NCBI RefSeq assembly: GCF_018350175.1
Contig: NC_058368.1
Location: 230,208,001 to 230,272,000 of the forward strand
Length of the DNA: 64,000 bases
Direction of reading: 5' to 3'
Source: Felis catus
Taxonomy: Eukaryota
The position numbers and the translations under genes were made by a program. Below are positions 1-11,585 of the stretch, one piece after another (the stretch's first letter is position 1; each line of letters opens with the position of its first letter). The notes under the pieces are model-generated. The model saw only the letters and a list, made by a program, of their open reading frames with translations, did not search any database and had not been told where the DNA came from.

Positions 1-1532
1 TTGCTAAAACCCAAAACAAAGCCTTGAAGTTTCCATAGAGTTGAGCTGTAGAAAGTGAATTTCCTGGAGGAAGGAGCCACTTTACAATTTTCCAGCTTCT
101 CCCTAAACAGCAGCGTCTCCAGTCACATATATATATGGGGGTGGGGGGTGGATTCTGGAGTAAAATTGTTAAAATTATATGACCCGAAATAATTACATTT
201 CTGAAAAACTTGAGACTTCCTGGCCCTTTGTAAAGGTTAAGTCATGTTAGTTTTTTGTTTAGGGGATTTTTTTTTAAGTTTGGGGTATATTTTTCTATAG
301 CAACTCAATTTCCCTTTGTAGAGCATGAAATGCCTTTCTATTTACCAATACCTTCCCTTCATTAATTCAGAGACTTGCAATAAAACTGTATCAGCCATAA
401 TAGTTGAAAGACCGGCAAATATTGAATTCCATTTGCTCTTTTTTATTGATGTTCTACAGCCTGGCCTTTCATCCTGTCTATGCCAGCTCTGGGTGCTTAG
501 CCCGGAGGCACACAGTAGTTCTTATCCACGCAAACATATAACATCACTAAAATAAGCTCATCCATTATTTTTAAAGTTTCCTCCTGAAGCATGCTTAGCT
601 TTAGAATTTACAATTATGCCTGAAATTATCCTTGTAATCGCCATGGAAAGTATCACTATTGGGACAAACAAGAGAGGAAAGCAATCTTTGGCATGCTATG
701 GTTGCTTGTTGTATTTAGTTGAGTGTAGATAACTAAAGGAAAATGCTGAATGGAAGGAGATGCCATTACACTTACTTTTTTTTTTAATGAAAGAGTGTGT
801 GATTCACATGTATTATTTAATCTGAATAAGTCTTAATTGATTTTCTGTTTCAAATTTAAAATAAGCATATTATGGGATTTAGGCAAACAGATTGCTAATG
901 TGAGAAGTATATAAAAATGAGTTAAAAATGTCTTCCATAAAAAATGATTACCATTAGACGTTAGTATTTTAGTCTGATCCTACAGTAAGATTACCACCCC
1001 TAAGATAATTGTGGTGTGAATTTTTCATAGAATCCAAGGTTTGCATCTGTGTTTGGCAATGTACAGTTCGGGGAGAAGGATTACACTCTACTTGGCATGT
1101 TTCTAAAGCCCTTGAGTCTAGCTATGGTTCTACAGCAAAGTAGGGTGATGTTGAGGAAATACAATGCCGCTAGCCTTCAATTCTTATATTAAATGTGGCT
1201 TTTGTATTAGCTGAGCTACAAAGCCTTTTTTTAAATCAGGTTAAAAGCTTATATAATTTAAAGCTATGATTATTATACTTAAGGTATACTTCTAATCCAG
1301 AAATGGATAGGTATCATATGCATAAACATAATATGTATCGTACAAGAGACTCTGGTTCTAAAGTTAATAGTTAATATTTTTCTCCCTTTTTTTTTTCCAG
1401 TTTCTATAAATCCCAGAATTTTTGCGATAACAAAGTACTCCTTGTATTAAAGACTACTCTTATATTTCCTTCTTAGGTCTACCATGTATGATAACTTGTG
1501 GCAATGAGAATAGTCTATTAAGAGATGTTAGA

Positions 1533-1990
1533 GGGGTCCCTGGGTGGCTCAGTTGGTTGCACATCAACTTTGGCTCAAGGTCATGATCTCATGGTTTGTG
1601 AGTTTGAGCCCTGCATCAGGCTCTCTGCTGTCAGGGGGTAGCCTGCTTTGGATACTCTGTTCCCCTCCCTCTCTGCACCTCCCCCCCCCACTCTCTTTCT
1701 CTAAAAAATAAATAACCATTTCATTTTATTTTTATAATGTTTACTTATATTAGAGAGAGAGAGAGAGAGAGTGAACGAGAGAGTGAACAGGGTGGTGGGA
1801 GGAAGGGGCAGAGAGAGAGGGAGACACAGAATCCGAAGCAGGCTCCAGGCTCTGAGCTGTCAGCACAGAGCCCGATGTGGGGCTCCCAACTCATGAACTG
1901 CGAGATCATGACCTGAGCTGAAGTCAGAGGCTTGACCGATTAAGCCACCCCGGCGTCCCTAAGAATGAAATGCACATTTTAAAAAAGAAG
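1533..1990 (+). mobile_element. Can-SINE (felid SINEC), outer element whose tail is interrupted by a second SINE
   Basis: GGGGTCCCTGGGTGGCTCAG head, CT-rich linker, AATAAA tail; TSD AGAGATGTTAGA at 1521-1532 and 1991-2002. Confidence 0.9.
1722..1959 (-). mobile_element. Can-SINE, antisense, nested in the tail of the preceding SINE
   Basis: Reverse-complement SINE (…taagccaccccggcgtccc) with (GA)n and T-rich tail. Confidence 0.92.
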
Positions 1991-2201
1991 AGAGATGTTA
2001 GACATTTTGCAAACAGAATAAAGGATTATCGGTATGTTTAGTAAAGAAAAAAAATACTTACAAATAAGAGCAGAAAAATACAAAAATCCTAATATAGTGT
2101 GCAAAGGACATGAACATGTAATTACCAAGAGTAGATATTTACAAGATAAATAAAAATGGGGTCAAGTTCTTAAAAATTGAAGAAGCCAAAATCAAAAGAA
2201 G

Positions 2202-2822
2202 TGTTATGAACTCAATGTGTATGTCCTTCAAAACTCACAGATTGAAAATTCTAACTCCAGTGTGACAGCTCTGGGAGGTAGAGCCTTTGGAAGGCGATTA
2301 GGTCTTGAAGGGCCAGCCCTTATGGATGGGATTAGTGCCCTTATAAAAGGAATCCCACAGAGGGGCACCTGGGTGGCTGAGCGTCTGGCTCTTGGTTTGA
2401 GCTCACGTCGTGACCTTGCTCACGGATTCATGAGCTCCAGCCTCTCATAGGGCTCTGCGCTTACAGTGCGGAGGCTGCTTGGGATTCTCTTTCCCCCTCC
2501 GTGTCTCTGCCTCCCACTCTGCTCCTCACCTGCTGGTACATGGGTGTGTGTTTGTATGAATTCTCTCTCTCTGTCTCTCTGAAGATAGACTTAATAAAGT
2601 GTTTCACCTTTTTCAAAAAAGGAGGATCCCACAGAACTCTCCCTTCTCTCAAGTAAGACAATGAGAGATCCCTGTGCAACCAGGAGGAGGGTCCTCACCA
2701 GAACCAGATCATGCTGGCACCCAATGTTTCATTTCCAGCCTCCAGAACTGTGAAAAAGAAATTTCTGTTGTCCACACGCCATCCAGCTCTTACGTTCCGT
2801 TTTAGCAGTCCGCAGTGAGACA
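2202..2822 (+). mobile_element. ERVL-MaLR solo LTR (MLT1A-like), interrupted by a SINE
   Basis: TG…CA ends; MLT1 motifs (gattagtgcccttataaaag; ccagcctccagaactgtga); 5-bp flanks agaag/ggaag. Confidence 0.8.
2362..2620 (+). mobile_element. Can-SINE (diverged) inside MLT1 LTR
   Basis: GGGGCACCTGGGTGGCT head; TSD core atcccacaga on both sides. Confidence 0.88.
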
Positions 2823-3070
2823 GGAAGATATACCACTCTTAGCTACAAAATTGAGCAATATATACTTTGAAATACTCTGTGCTAGCTTGGGCACGGTGAC
2901 CCCCATAACATTCATAAACTACAGACAAGGGGAGAATATTGTCTCGATTCTTCTTTGAAAAAAGTGACAATATGCACAGTCCCCTTAAAAATGGTTACAA
3001 CTACTGACCATTTACTTCAGTTTGCAGAACTCAATCTAAAATTGATTTACATTTTAAAATACATAAACTT

Positions 3071-3292
3071 GGGGTACCTGGGTGGCTCAGTCAGTTAAGC
3101 GTCTAACTTCGGCTCAGGTCGTGATCTCATGGTTCATGAGTTCGAGCCCCGCGTCGGGCTCTGTGCTGACAGCTCAGAGCCTGGGGCCTGTTTCGGATTC
3201 TGTGTCTCCCTCTCTCTCTCTGCCTCTCCCCTACTCACGCTCTGTCTCTCTCTCTCTCTCAAAAATAAATAAACATTAAAACAATTTTTTTT
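3071..3292 (+). mobile_element. Can-SINE
   Basis: Full head, linker and AATAAA tail. Confidence 0.93.
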
Positions 3293-4116
3293 TACTATCT
3301 AAAGAATCCCTCCAATACAAGGTGGATGGTTAAATAATTCCAATGCATCTATTGGCTAGTGAACACATTTTTTTTTTGCCCCCAAGTATGCAAGAATGTA
3401 TCCATGAAATGGCTGCTTTAGTTTTAAGTTTTGTCTTGAAGATTTGATAAACAAGACTTTGTAAAGAAGCCCGCTGTGCACTGGGCATTAGTGGAGCAAA
3501 CCAGGCGGTCTGCTGGCTTCACTTCCCTATAGTAACATATTGGATGAATAGATGTGATAATTAATGATACGCCTCTCTCCAGCAGTGTTAGTTGTTTTTA
3601 AGAGCTTTAAGTTTTGCCCATTGGCACCATCACTGGAAGCATGACGGTTCTGTTGCAGAGCATGGCAAGACAGCCAATGCTTTAGTCCTTGGATTTTTTT
3701 AAGGTGATATGCAGAATAACGTCTTCTGTACATTTGATGATAGAACTTACCAGTAGCGTCCCAAAGACATGTATAGTGACCCAAAGAAAGAATCCTGCTG
3801 GTGAAATTTATACTACATGTCACAGAATCGTGAGAAGCAACTCATTTTGTAAACCTGGTATGTAAGTTGAAGCCAAGATCTGCAGAAGGCAGGAAATGTG
3901 GGCCTGATGCAAAGTAGAGTTCAGTGTAGACCAACCAGCCTTGTGTGAAGTCTGAGAATGGATTCTCTATCACTCAGTTTATGCTACTTCTATGAAAGGA
4001 AGGGCTCTTTCCAAATCTCATGAACTACAACTTTATATCATTACTGTCTAGCAACTGTAAAGATAATGAGTACCTTGAAATGACATTATGTTCAGTGGAT
4101 CCAACAAAAGTATCTT

Positions 4117-4210
4117 ATATTCAGTCAACATTTACTGAGTGTCTCTGTGCCAGATGGGGTGGTAGATATTGGGGGTGCAGCAGTGAACAAAATAGAAACT
4201 ATCTTCACTG
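4117..4210 (-). mobile_element. L2 3' end fragment; continues at about 5517-5570 after the L1/SINE insertion
   Basis: attcagtcaacatttactgagtgtctctgtgccag…gcagcagtgaacaa resembles the antisense L2 terminus. Confidence 0.65.
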
Positions 4211-4217
4211 TCTTCGT

Positions 4218-4832
4218 CAAAAAAAAAGCTTCTGCACAGCAAGGAAATAATCAACAAAACCAAAGTCAACCTATGGAATTGGAGAAGGTATTTGCAAATG
4301 ACATATCTGATAAAGGGTTAGTATCCAAAATATATAAAGAACTCACCAAACTCAACACCACCCAAAATGAATAATCCATTTAAAAAATGGGCAGATGGCA
4401 TGAACAGACATTTTTCCAAAGAAGACCTACAGATGTCCAGCAGACACATGAAAAGATGCTCAACATCACCGATCATCAGGTAAATACGAATCAAAACTAC
4501 AATGAGATATCACCTCACACCTGTCAGAATGGCTAAAATCAGCAACACAATAAGCAACAGGTGTTGGTAAGGATGTGCACTCTTGCACTGTTGATGGGGA
4601 TGGAAACTAATTCAACCACTCTGGAAAATAGTGTGGATTTTCCTCAATAGGTTAAAAATGAAACTACACTCCAGCAATTGCACTACTAGGTATCTACCCA
4701 AAGAATACAAAAATACTAATTCAAAGGGATACATGCACCCCAACGTGTATAGCAGCAATTTCTACAATAGCTAAATTATGGAAGTGGTCCAAGTGTCCAT
4801 TGATTGATGAATGGATAATGGAGATGTGAGAT

Positions 4833-4884
<52 letters not shown>

Positions 4885-5270
4885 GAATATTACTCAACCA
4901 TAAAAAAGAATGAGATCTTGCCATTTGCAATGACATGGAGGGAGCTGAAAAGTATTTTGCTAAGCAAAATAGAGAGACAAATAACATGTGATTTCACTCA
5001 TGTATAGAATCTGAGAAACAAAACAAATGAGCAAAAAGAGAAGCAAACTGATAAACAAGCTCTTAACTATAGAAAACAAACTGATGGTTACCAGAGAGGA
5101 GGTAGGTGAGAGGATGGGTTAAATAGGTGATGGGGATGAAGGAATGCTCTGGTTGTGATGAACACTAGGTGTTGTATGGAAGCGTGGAATCACTATATTG
5201 TACACATGAAACTAATATAACACTGTATGTTAACTAACTGGAATGTAAACAAAAACTTTTAAAAAAGGAA
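4218..5270 (+). mobile_element. 5'-truncated carnivore L1 (decayed ORF2 C-terminus plus 3' UTR)
   Basis: Peptide [23 protein letters not shown] is typical L1 ORF2; stops and frameshifts follow; A-rich end. Confidence 0.92.
4837..4882. repeat. (AC)23 microsatellite inside the L1
   Basis: Read directly. Confidence 0.95.
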
Positions 5271-5276
5271 AATACC

Positions 5277-5500
5277 GGGGCACCTGGGTGCCTCAGTTGA
5301 TTAAGCGTCCGACCTGGGTTCAGGTTGTGATCTCTCGGCTCATGAGTTCAAGGCCCGCATGGGGCTCTGTGCTGACAGCTGAAAGCCTGGAGGCTGCTTC
5401 AGATTCTGTGTCTTCTTCTCTCTCTGCCCCTCCCCCTCTCATTCTCTCTTTGTCTCTGTTAAAAATAAACATTAAAATTTTTTTTTGAAAAATTAAAAAA
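5277..5500 (+). mobile_element. Can-SINE at the 3' end of the L1
   Basis: Full SINE body and tail. Confidence 0.92.
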
Positions 5501-7504
5501 AGAAACTGCCTTCACTCTTGAGCAAAGTATATTCTAGTAAGGGTTAGAGATAATAGGTAACTGAGCAAGTAAATAATGTAATTTATTACATATATAATGT
5601 TATTAATGAAATAATATTTTGTATAGAACTAAAGGACATCTAAAAAAAGAATAGTAACAATACCACATTACTTAGGATGCTTTCAGCTACAAGTAACAGA
5701 GAAACCAACGCAACAAACGAATGTAATATCTCACTTCTCTTGAACCACATCACAGCTGGTTGTGGCTCAGTGGAGTCATTCGGGACCCAGTGATTTGAGG
5801 GTCTGCTCTTCTGTGTTCCCCAATGCCTTTACTCATTCAATGCACAGCCCCCACCTCCACCCTGGAGTACTCAGATGGCTTCTGGCTTCTACAAGGCCAC
5901 CTGCTATTTGCTATGGTTAAGAGAGTGGAGCTTTCTGATGATAGCTGATCCAAATCTTGTTGGCATCACAATAGCCAATAACAATGTGGTTTTTGGCTGG
6001 CATGCTATGGCCACATGTGCTCATTGACAAAGCCTAAAGATGCTGAATTCTTCTGTGAATTCACTATTCATCTGAAACAGTTCATCAATTAATTTGCTTT
6101 CATATACAAGGACAATGAAATGCTCAGGAGACAAAAGCTTAGGATTCTCTCATAAGCAATCATATTATATCTGTAAATAACCTTAACATAAACAAATTTA
6201 TTTAAATAACAGCATAGAAAACATGTATTTGACCTTGCTTGCAATAAGCAATAACAATGAATTGTTTGTGTTTTGATTAGAATTAACTTTCAATGAAAAG
6301 TTTAGATACCTAGACAATTGGGTTTTTCTTTTTCATTCTTTGGGATTTATTAGCATCAGAACCCAAGTTCTAGGATTAAAAATTATGTTTTATGCAGGAT
6401 AAGGGTGGGTGGATGATATGTTAGTTTGTGAAATAAGAACTTAAAAAATTAAATTAGGTTCTTTTACTTGCATTTTTATAGTAGTACTTGTAGCAGAACC
6501 TAATTCTTTTACTTAAGAAAATGAAAACAAAACAAAATTAAATACACTAATGAACTACTAACAAAGCAATCAAATCTCACCTCTCTGAAGGGATTGAAAT
6601 GTTATGATAATATTTTTTTACTTTTTTCTGCCTTGGCTCATGGTGAAGGATGGACGTAGCCCATCTGTTGCCTACTGTTTTTTTTTTTTTAATATTATTA
6701 ACTAAAGTTTAAAAGAATTTTAACTAATCATTTAATAAACTTTAGCACATAAATCCATAAACCAAGTATTCAAACTGATGATATTCTGTATCCCATATCA
6801 ATCGTTATCACACTTATCCATTATTGTTGGATGTTATAAATCATTTGGTAGAAACAATTTTAACAGCAGTAACAATTGAACAGCATAGCTAATCTTTAAA
6901 GTGCACTCTTAGGATAAGATTACCGTTTGGTGATCCCCAAAAAATAAATAAATAATTTTGTGATTCCACACGGGGGCTAATCCATCACCATTTATACCAC
7001 CATTAAGATTTTGCCTCCTTCCTTCCTAGCTACATCTTCAGGAAACTTGAAGATGATACAGTTGTATATATCAGGCTCTGTCTAAGCAGCTTACTTAGTT
7101 AATGTAAGTAACTAGTGCATCAGTCAAGATTCATGGCATGCAGTCACAAACAATCTTATTTTGTTCTCACTGTCCCTTTAATATGTATTCAGAGAACTCT
7201 TTCCTTGGCCACTCTTTCAGGCTGCCCTTCTCAACCAAGTGGCTGGTTAAAATATCAATGCACTTCAGTTTGGGTTGCTAACAGCCCTCTGCCTCAAGTA
7301 GCCTCACCCAGCCACCAGCCAGTGACAGGCCACCCTGACACCTCCCCTGTCACCTCCCCAACCTGCAAGGACAAGGCACAACATAGGGCTTCAGGGCTCT
7401 GCTCCAACGTTGCTGGTGCCTGTTCTCAGCAATCAGTACCCAAGCCATACTGGACTTTAACGTTTGAATATTTGGGTAACAGAAGTTTTTAGAAGTTACC
7501 TGGA

Positions 7505-7724
7505 TTTTTTAAGTTTTTTAATGTTTATTTATTTTTGAGAGAGAGAGAGAGAGCATGAGCAGGAGGGGGGCAGAGAGAGAGAGAGGGAGACCGAGAATCC
7601 AAAGCAAGCTCCAGGCTCTGAGCTGTCAGCACAGAGCCCAACGCCGGGCTTGAACTCATGAGCCATGAGATCATGCCCTGAGCCAAAGTCAGACACTTAA
7701 CTGACTGAGCCACCCAGGTGCCCC
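7505..7724 (-). mobile_element. Can-SINE
   Basis: Reverse complement ending gagccacccaggtgcccc. Confidence 0.93.
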
Positions 7725-8803
7725 TGATTTTTCAAATGTAGTCTCATTTGATACTTACAATACCTACTCTCATAATAGTCGAAACTTCTAGCTTCATTCA
7801 AAGTTAGAGCTATGCACCCTCCCTCGAGGTTAGGTGTCCTGTAGGAATGAAGGGTTTTCTCTTGGCTACCTGGGAAGGGAGTTATGGAGCCCTACAGAGG
7901 TGTGTGTGCACGCGTGCACGTGTGTGTGTGTGTGCACATGTGTGCGTGTGCATGGGATTAAGGTGGGAGAACAGGGAGGAAAGAACACCAGGGAGTTGAG
8001 AAATACAGGAAGGTTCTCGAAAAGCTGGCTCCCCAACATCAGCACCCCAGCACCAACGTCTCCCCTGCAATTCCCTTGAGGCAGGCAGGTGATGTTCTCC
8101 TGCAGCCTTTCCCCTCCGTGGAGGTCTGCCTGTCAAATGCCTCTCGACCCTGACTCACTGTCTTGTAGCCCAAGGAATCCACATCTTTTGCCCCACTGGC
8201 CCTGGAGGGTAGCTCGACTCCTATGCAGTCACCTCTCCTTCAGACTATCAGTTGGCAGCCAGCCAGCCTGTCTCTTGCCCTTTTCAGCTTTTCCAGTTCA
8301 GACAGAATATGAGTCCCTTGATTACCCTCAAATAGTCTCCTCAGGCTTGAGGCATGCAGAAGTATCTTCCAGAAGAACTCTGAGCATAGCAAATCATATA
8401 CTGGCTCTTAAAGCTTCTTCCTGTGGGAAACAACACCCCTGCCCCATGTCATTGGCCAAAGGATGTTATTATCGTAACCCTGTCGGGTTGGAAATCCCAG
8501 TCCTCCCATGTGCCTCGGAGGAGGACTGGAATACTTGTGAGTATCATCACTGATTGCAAGTTACAGAACTGGGTTCATTCAAAATTTGCATTTCAGTTTG
8601 TACCTCACTTTGATATCCAACCCATGCCATCTTATACCTGTGCCCAAATTTCCATTTAAATACTGTTACATTTACATTTAATTGTTGACCACTGCATTTC
8701 AAACTGATATTTTATTTTTAACAATTGGCTTTCTTATTTTTATTTCTAGAATTTACTGCCTAACAAATAATCTACATGTATTGTAGAATACTCGCTTTCT
8801 TGT

Positions 8804-9003
8804 TTTTGTTTTTGCTTTTCTGTTTTTTATTTTGTTTTGAGAGAGACACAGTGAGTGACTTAGCTGGGGAGGCACAGAGGAGAGAAAGAGAATCTTAAGC
8901 AGGCTCTGTGCCCAGCATGGAGCTCCATCTCATGACTGTGAGATTATGACCTGAGCTGAAATTGAGAGTTGGGTGCTCAACCAGCTGAGCCACAAAGGCA
9001 CCC
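8804..9003 (-). mobile_element. Can-SINE (older subtype)
   Basis: Antisense body; TSD-like ctcgctttcttgt / ctccctttcttgt. Confidence 0.85.
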
Positions 9004-9334
9004 CTCCCTTTCTTGTGTTCAGTTGTCTTCCATACTTTCCACCCCACCAGCCCTGTTCAATTACTTTGCCAAAATCCCCTTGCCTGACCTCCAGGACTCT
9101 GTAAGTGGGCCTTTATTAATACTGTGTTTTTTCTGCTGGTTCACTGGGGTTCAGTTCTGTTGTTTGGTTATCATCCGTGTGGGGATCCTAGGAATGGATG
9201 AAGAAAAGCAAATAGAGCCTGTGTGGCAAAGCCAGTCTCTCTGTCCCCACTTAGGCACCTAGAAGATGCCACTTTGGGACCCCAGTACTCTCAGAGATGT
9301 AAGAGGAGTTAGCCTGCCATTTAGTTCCTTTACA

Positions 9335-9757
9335 GATTCAGTTGTGTCCCCCCAAAAGATATGTTGAAGTCCTAACCCCGACCTTATTTGGAAATAGGAT
9401 CTTTGTAGATGGAATCAAGTTAGGATGAGGTCATACCCCACTGGGACAGGCCATAATCCAACATGACTGATGTACTTATGAGAAGAGGAACATTTGGACA
9501 TACAGACACACAGAAGACAATGCTGTGTGTTGACAGGAGGCAGAGATTGGAGTGATGTCTCTATAAGCCAAAAAATGCCAAGGATCACCAGCAACCACCA
9601 GAAACCAGAGGGGAAACGAACAATAGGATCACCCTTAGTCTTTAGAGAAGATGGTCCTTCTGACACCTTGACTTAAGACTTTTAGCCTCCAGAACTCCGA
9701 GGAAATGTATTTCTATTGTTATAAGCCACCCAGTTTGTGATATGTCAGCTCTAGGAA
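9335..9757 (+). mobile_element. ERVL-MaLR LTR (MLT1B/C-like)
   Basis: gtgtccccccaaaagatatgttgaagtcctaacccc…ccttatttggaaatagg…agcctccagaact…aagccacccagtttgtg. Confidence 0.8.
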
Positions 9758-10790
9758 GCAGTTTCCCCCTTACTTTCTGGGGCAAACAGACCCTCGCACT
9801 CACTCAGGGTTGAAAGTGTCTCTTGACCCTGAGCACATCCACTCTGGGCAGTTCTTCACATGGTTCACACACTGTGGTCCCTGCCTCTGAGTCCCAGCTC
9901 TGTCCACGGGACCTCAGTGCAGCTCATGGCTTTGCCCATGCGTTGTTGTCCACAGGTCCCAGTGTCTACCCCAATTGGGAGAGGATAAGAGCAAGAGCCT
10001 TACAAGCCACTACATTCCCAAAACTGGTCAATTACTTGTACTTGCTGTTTCAGGTACATGGACTGGCCCATCTGCACTTCCTTATTTCCCCATTGCTCTT
10101 GGCACAGACAATTGGTGCCTTAGCACAACTGAATTTAGTATGTGCTGAGCATTTCGTTTGACCAGTGTTTTAGAGAATCACATTGTCTATATGAGGATCC
10201 CCAGTTCCCTCCCGTTTTTTACTTGAGTCATCTTAGGCAATTGTGGGAAAAATCATATTTTTGTGAACATTTTTTCAGTATATACAGTTCTGAAGGAGAC
10301 AAAAATGCTTTGTGTATTCTCCACGTCAATCCCAAAAGTGATCAGGTGATACTAGTTTTCCTGTAGCCCAGTAATTTATTTAGGACCCATACCACTTCCA
10401 CAGTGCATTAGGTCAGGTGTTAGTTGTCTGTTATTTACTTGGAAATGTCTTAATTCTCCTGAAGTCTGGCATTAAGTCAATGCCAGGGTAGACCAGTTAG
10501 CTTTTTGTAGTTACTATTTCTGAGCTGAGTTAAACAAAGCCAATATTCTGTGCAGCAGTGATGGAGGGTAATTAATCACTTTATTTATCCATATGTGTAA
10601 ATGAAATCATGCCATTTTTAAGCAGCCAATAAACATTTGGTGTCAGCATGGAATAAATGGATTAAGTGGAAGGAAACTAATGTTTATCCAATGCAGCGTT
10701 TTATTATGGCCACCCAATAAGGTTCATATTTATAATTCTGTCTCAGAAAAGAAATCTGAAACTCACAGGGCGTTTAAAAATCTTACTCAA

Positions 10791-10958
10791 AGGGCACCTG
10801 GGTGGCTTAGTGGGTTGAGTGTCCAACTTGGGCTCAGGTCGTGATCTCATGGTTTGTGAGTTTGAGCCCGGCGTTGGGCTCTCTGTCCCCCTCTCTCTTT
10901 GCCCCTTCCCCATTTTTGTGCTCTTTCTCTCTCTCAAAAATAAATAAACATTATAAAC
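10791..10958 (+). mobile_element. Can-SINE with an internal deletion
   Basis: TSD TCTTACTCAA at 10781 and 10961; middle segment missing. Confidence 0.88.
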
Positions 10959-11308
10959 GGTCTTACTCAAGTTGTTTCTTATGCTGTTGAGAAATAACAG
11001 ATCGAATTTGAACCTGATTTTATGTGATTTCAAATGAAAAATGTTTCCTCTGGAGTAAAGTTTTCTCATTGTATAGAGTGTCGGTAAATGTCTTGTTTGG
11101 TTTAGTTTGTCTTGGAGTTAACACTATATAATTTAAGTGCAAATGTCAAGACAAGTAACAAAATACAGAGACAAATAGAAAAGAAAATAAAGATATAAAT
11201 TTGGAAGAGCATTTTTAACTAGAAAAATTTAATTAACTCTACATGTTCTTATATTAGGAAACACATACACATATATTTGGAGACCAGAGTCAAAGTCTGG
11301 ATTTGTTT

Positions 11309-11585
11309 CATTTATTTATTTTTTTAGTGTTTATTTTTGAGAGAGAGAGTGAGCATAGTGTTTATTCTTTACTTTTTTAGTGTTTATTTTTGAGAGAGAG
11401 AGCGAGAGAGAGAGCAAGCATGAGTGGGGGAGGGGCAGAGAGAGAGGGAGACACAGAATCCGAAGCAGGCTCCAGGCTCCGAGCTGTCCGCACAGAGCTC
11501 GATGCTGGACTCGAACCCACAAACCATGAGATCATGACCTCAACTGACGTCGGACGCTTAACCAGCTGAGCCACCCAGGCGCCCC
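11309..11585 (-). mobile_element. Can-SINE with a duplicated tail segment
   Basis: TSD TGGATTTGTTT; ttttttagtgtttatttttgagagagagag occurs twice. Confidence 0.9.

Noticed and set aside
137..151. G-quadruplex
   Set aside because: G5-T-G6-T-GG lacks four separate G3 runs; at best a weak two-tier structure.
1381..1440. Cryptic exon after a strong pyrimidine tract (…ttttccag)
   Set aside because: No convincing donor nearby.
4147..4374. ORF with L1 ORF2-like peptide as a functional gene
   Set aside because: Fragment of a truncated, stop-ridden L1.
8089..8553. 154-aa ORF
   Set aside because: Overlaps MaLR-like remnant sequence; no recognisable homology.
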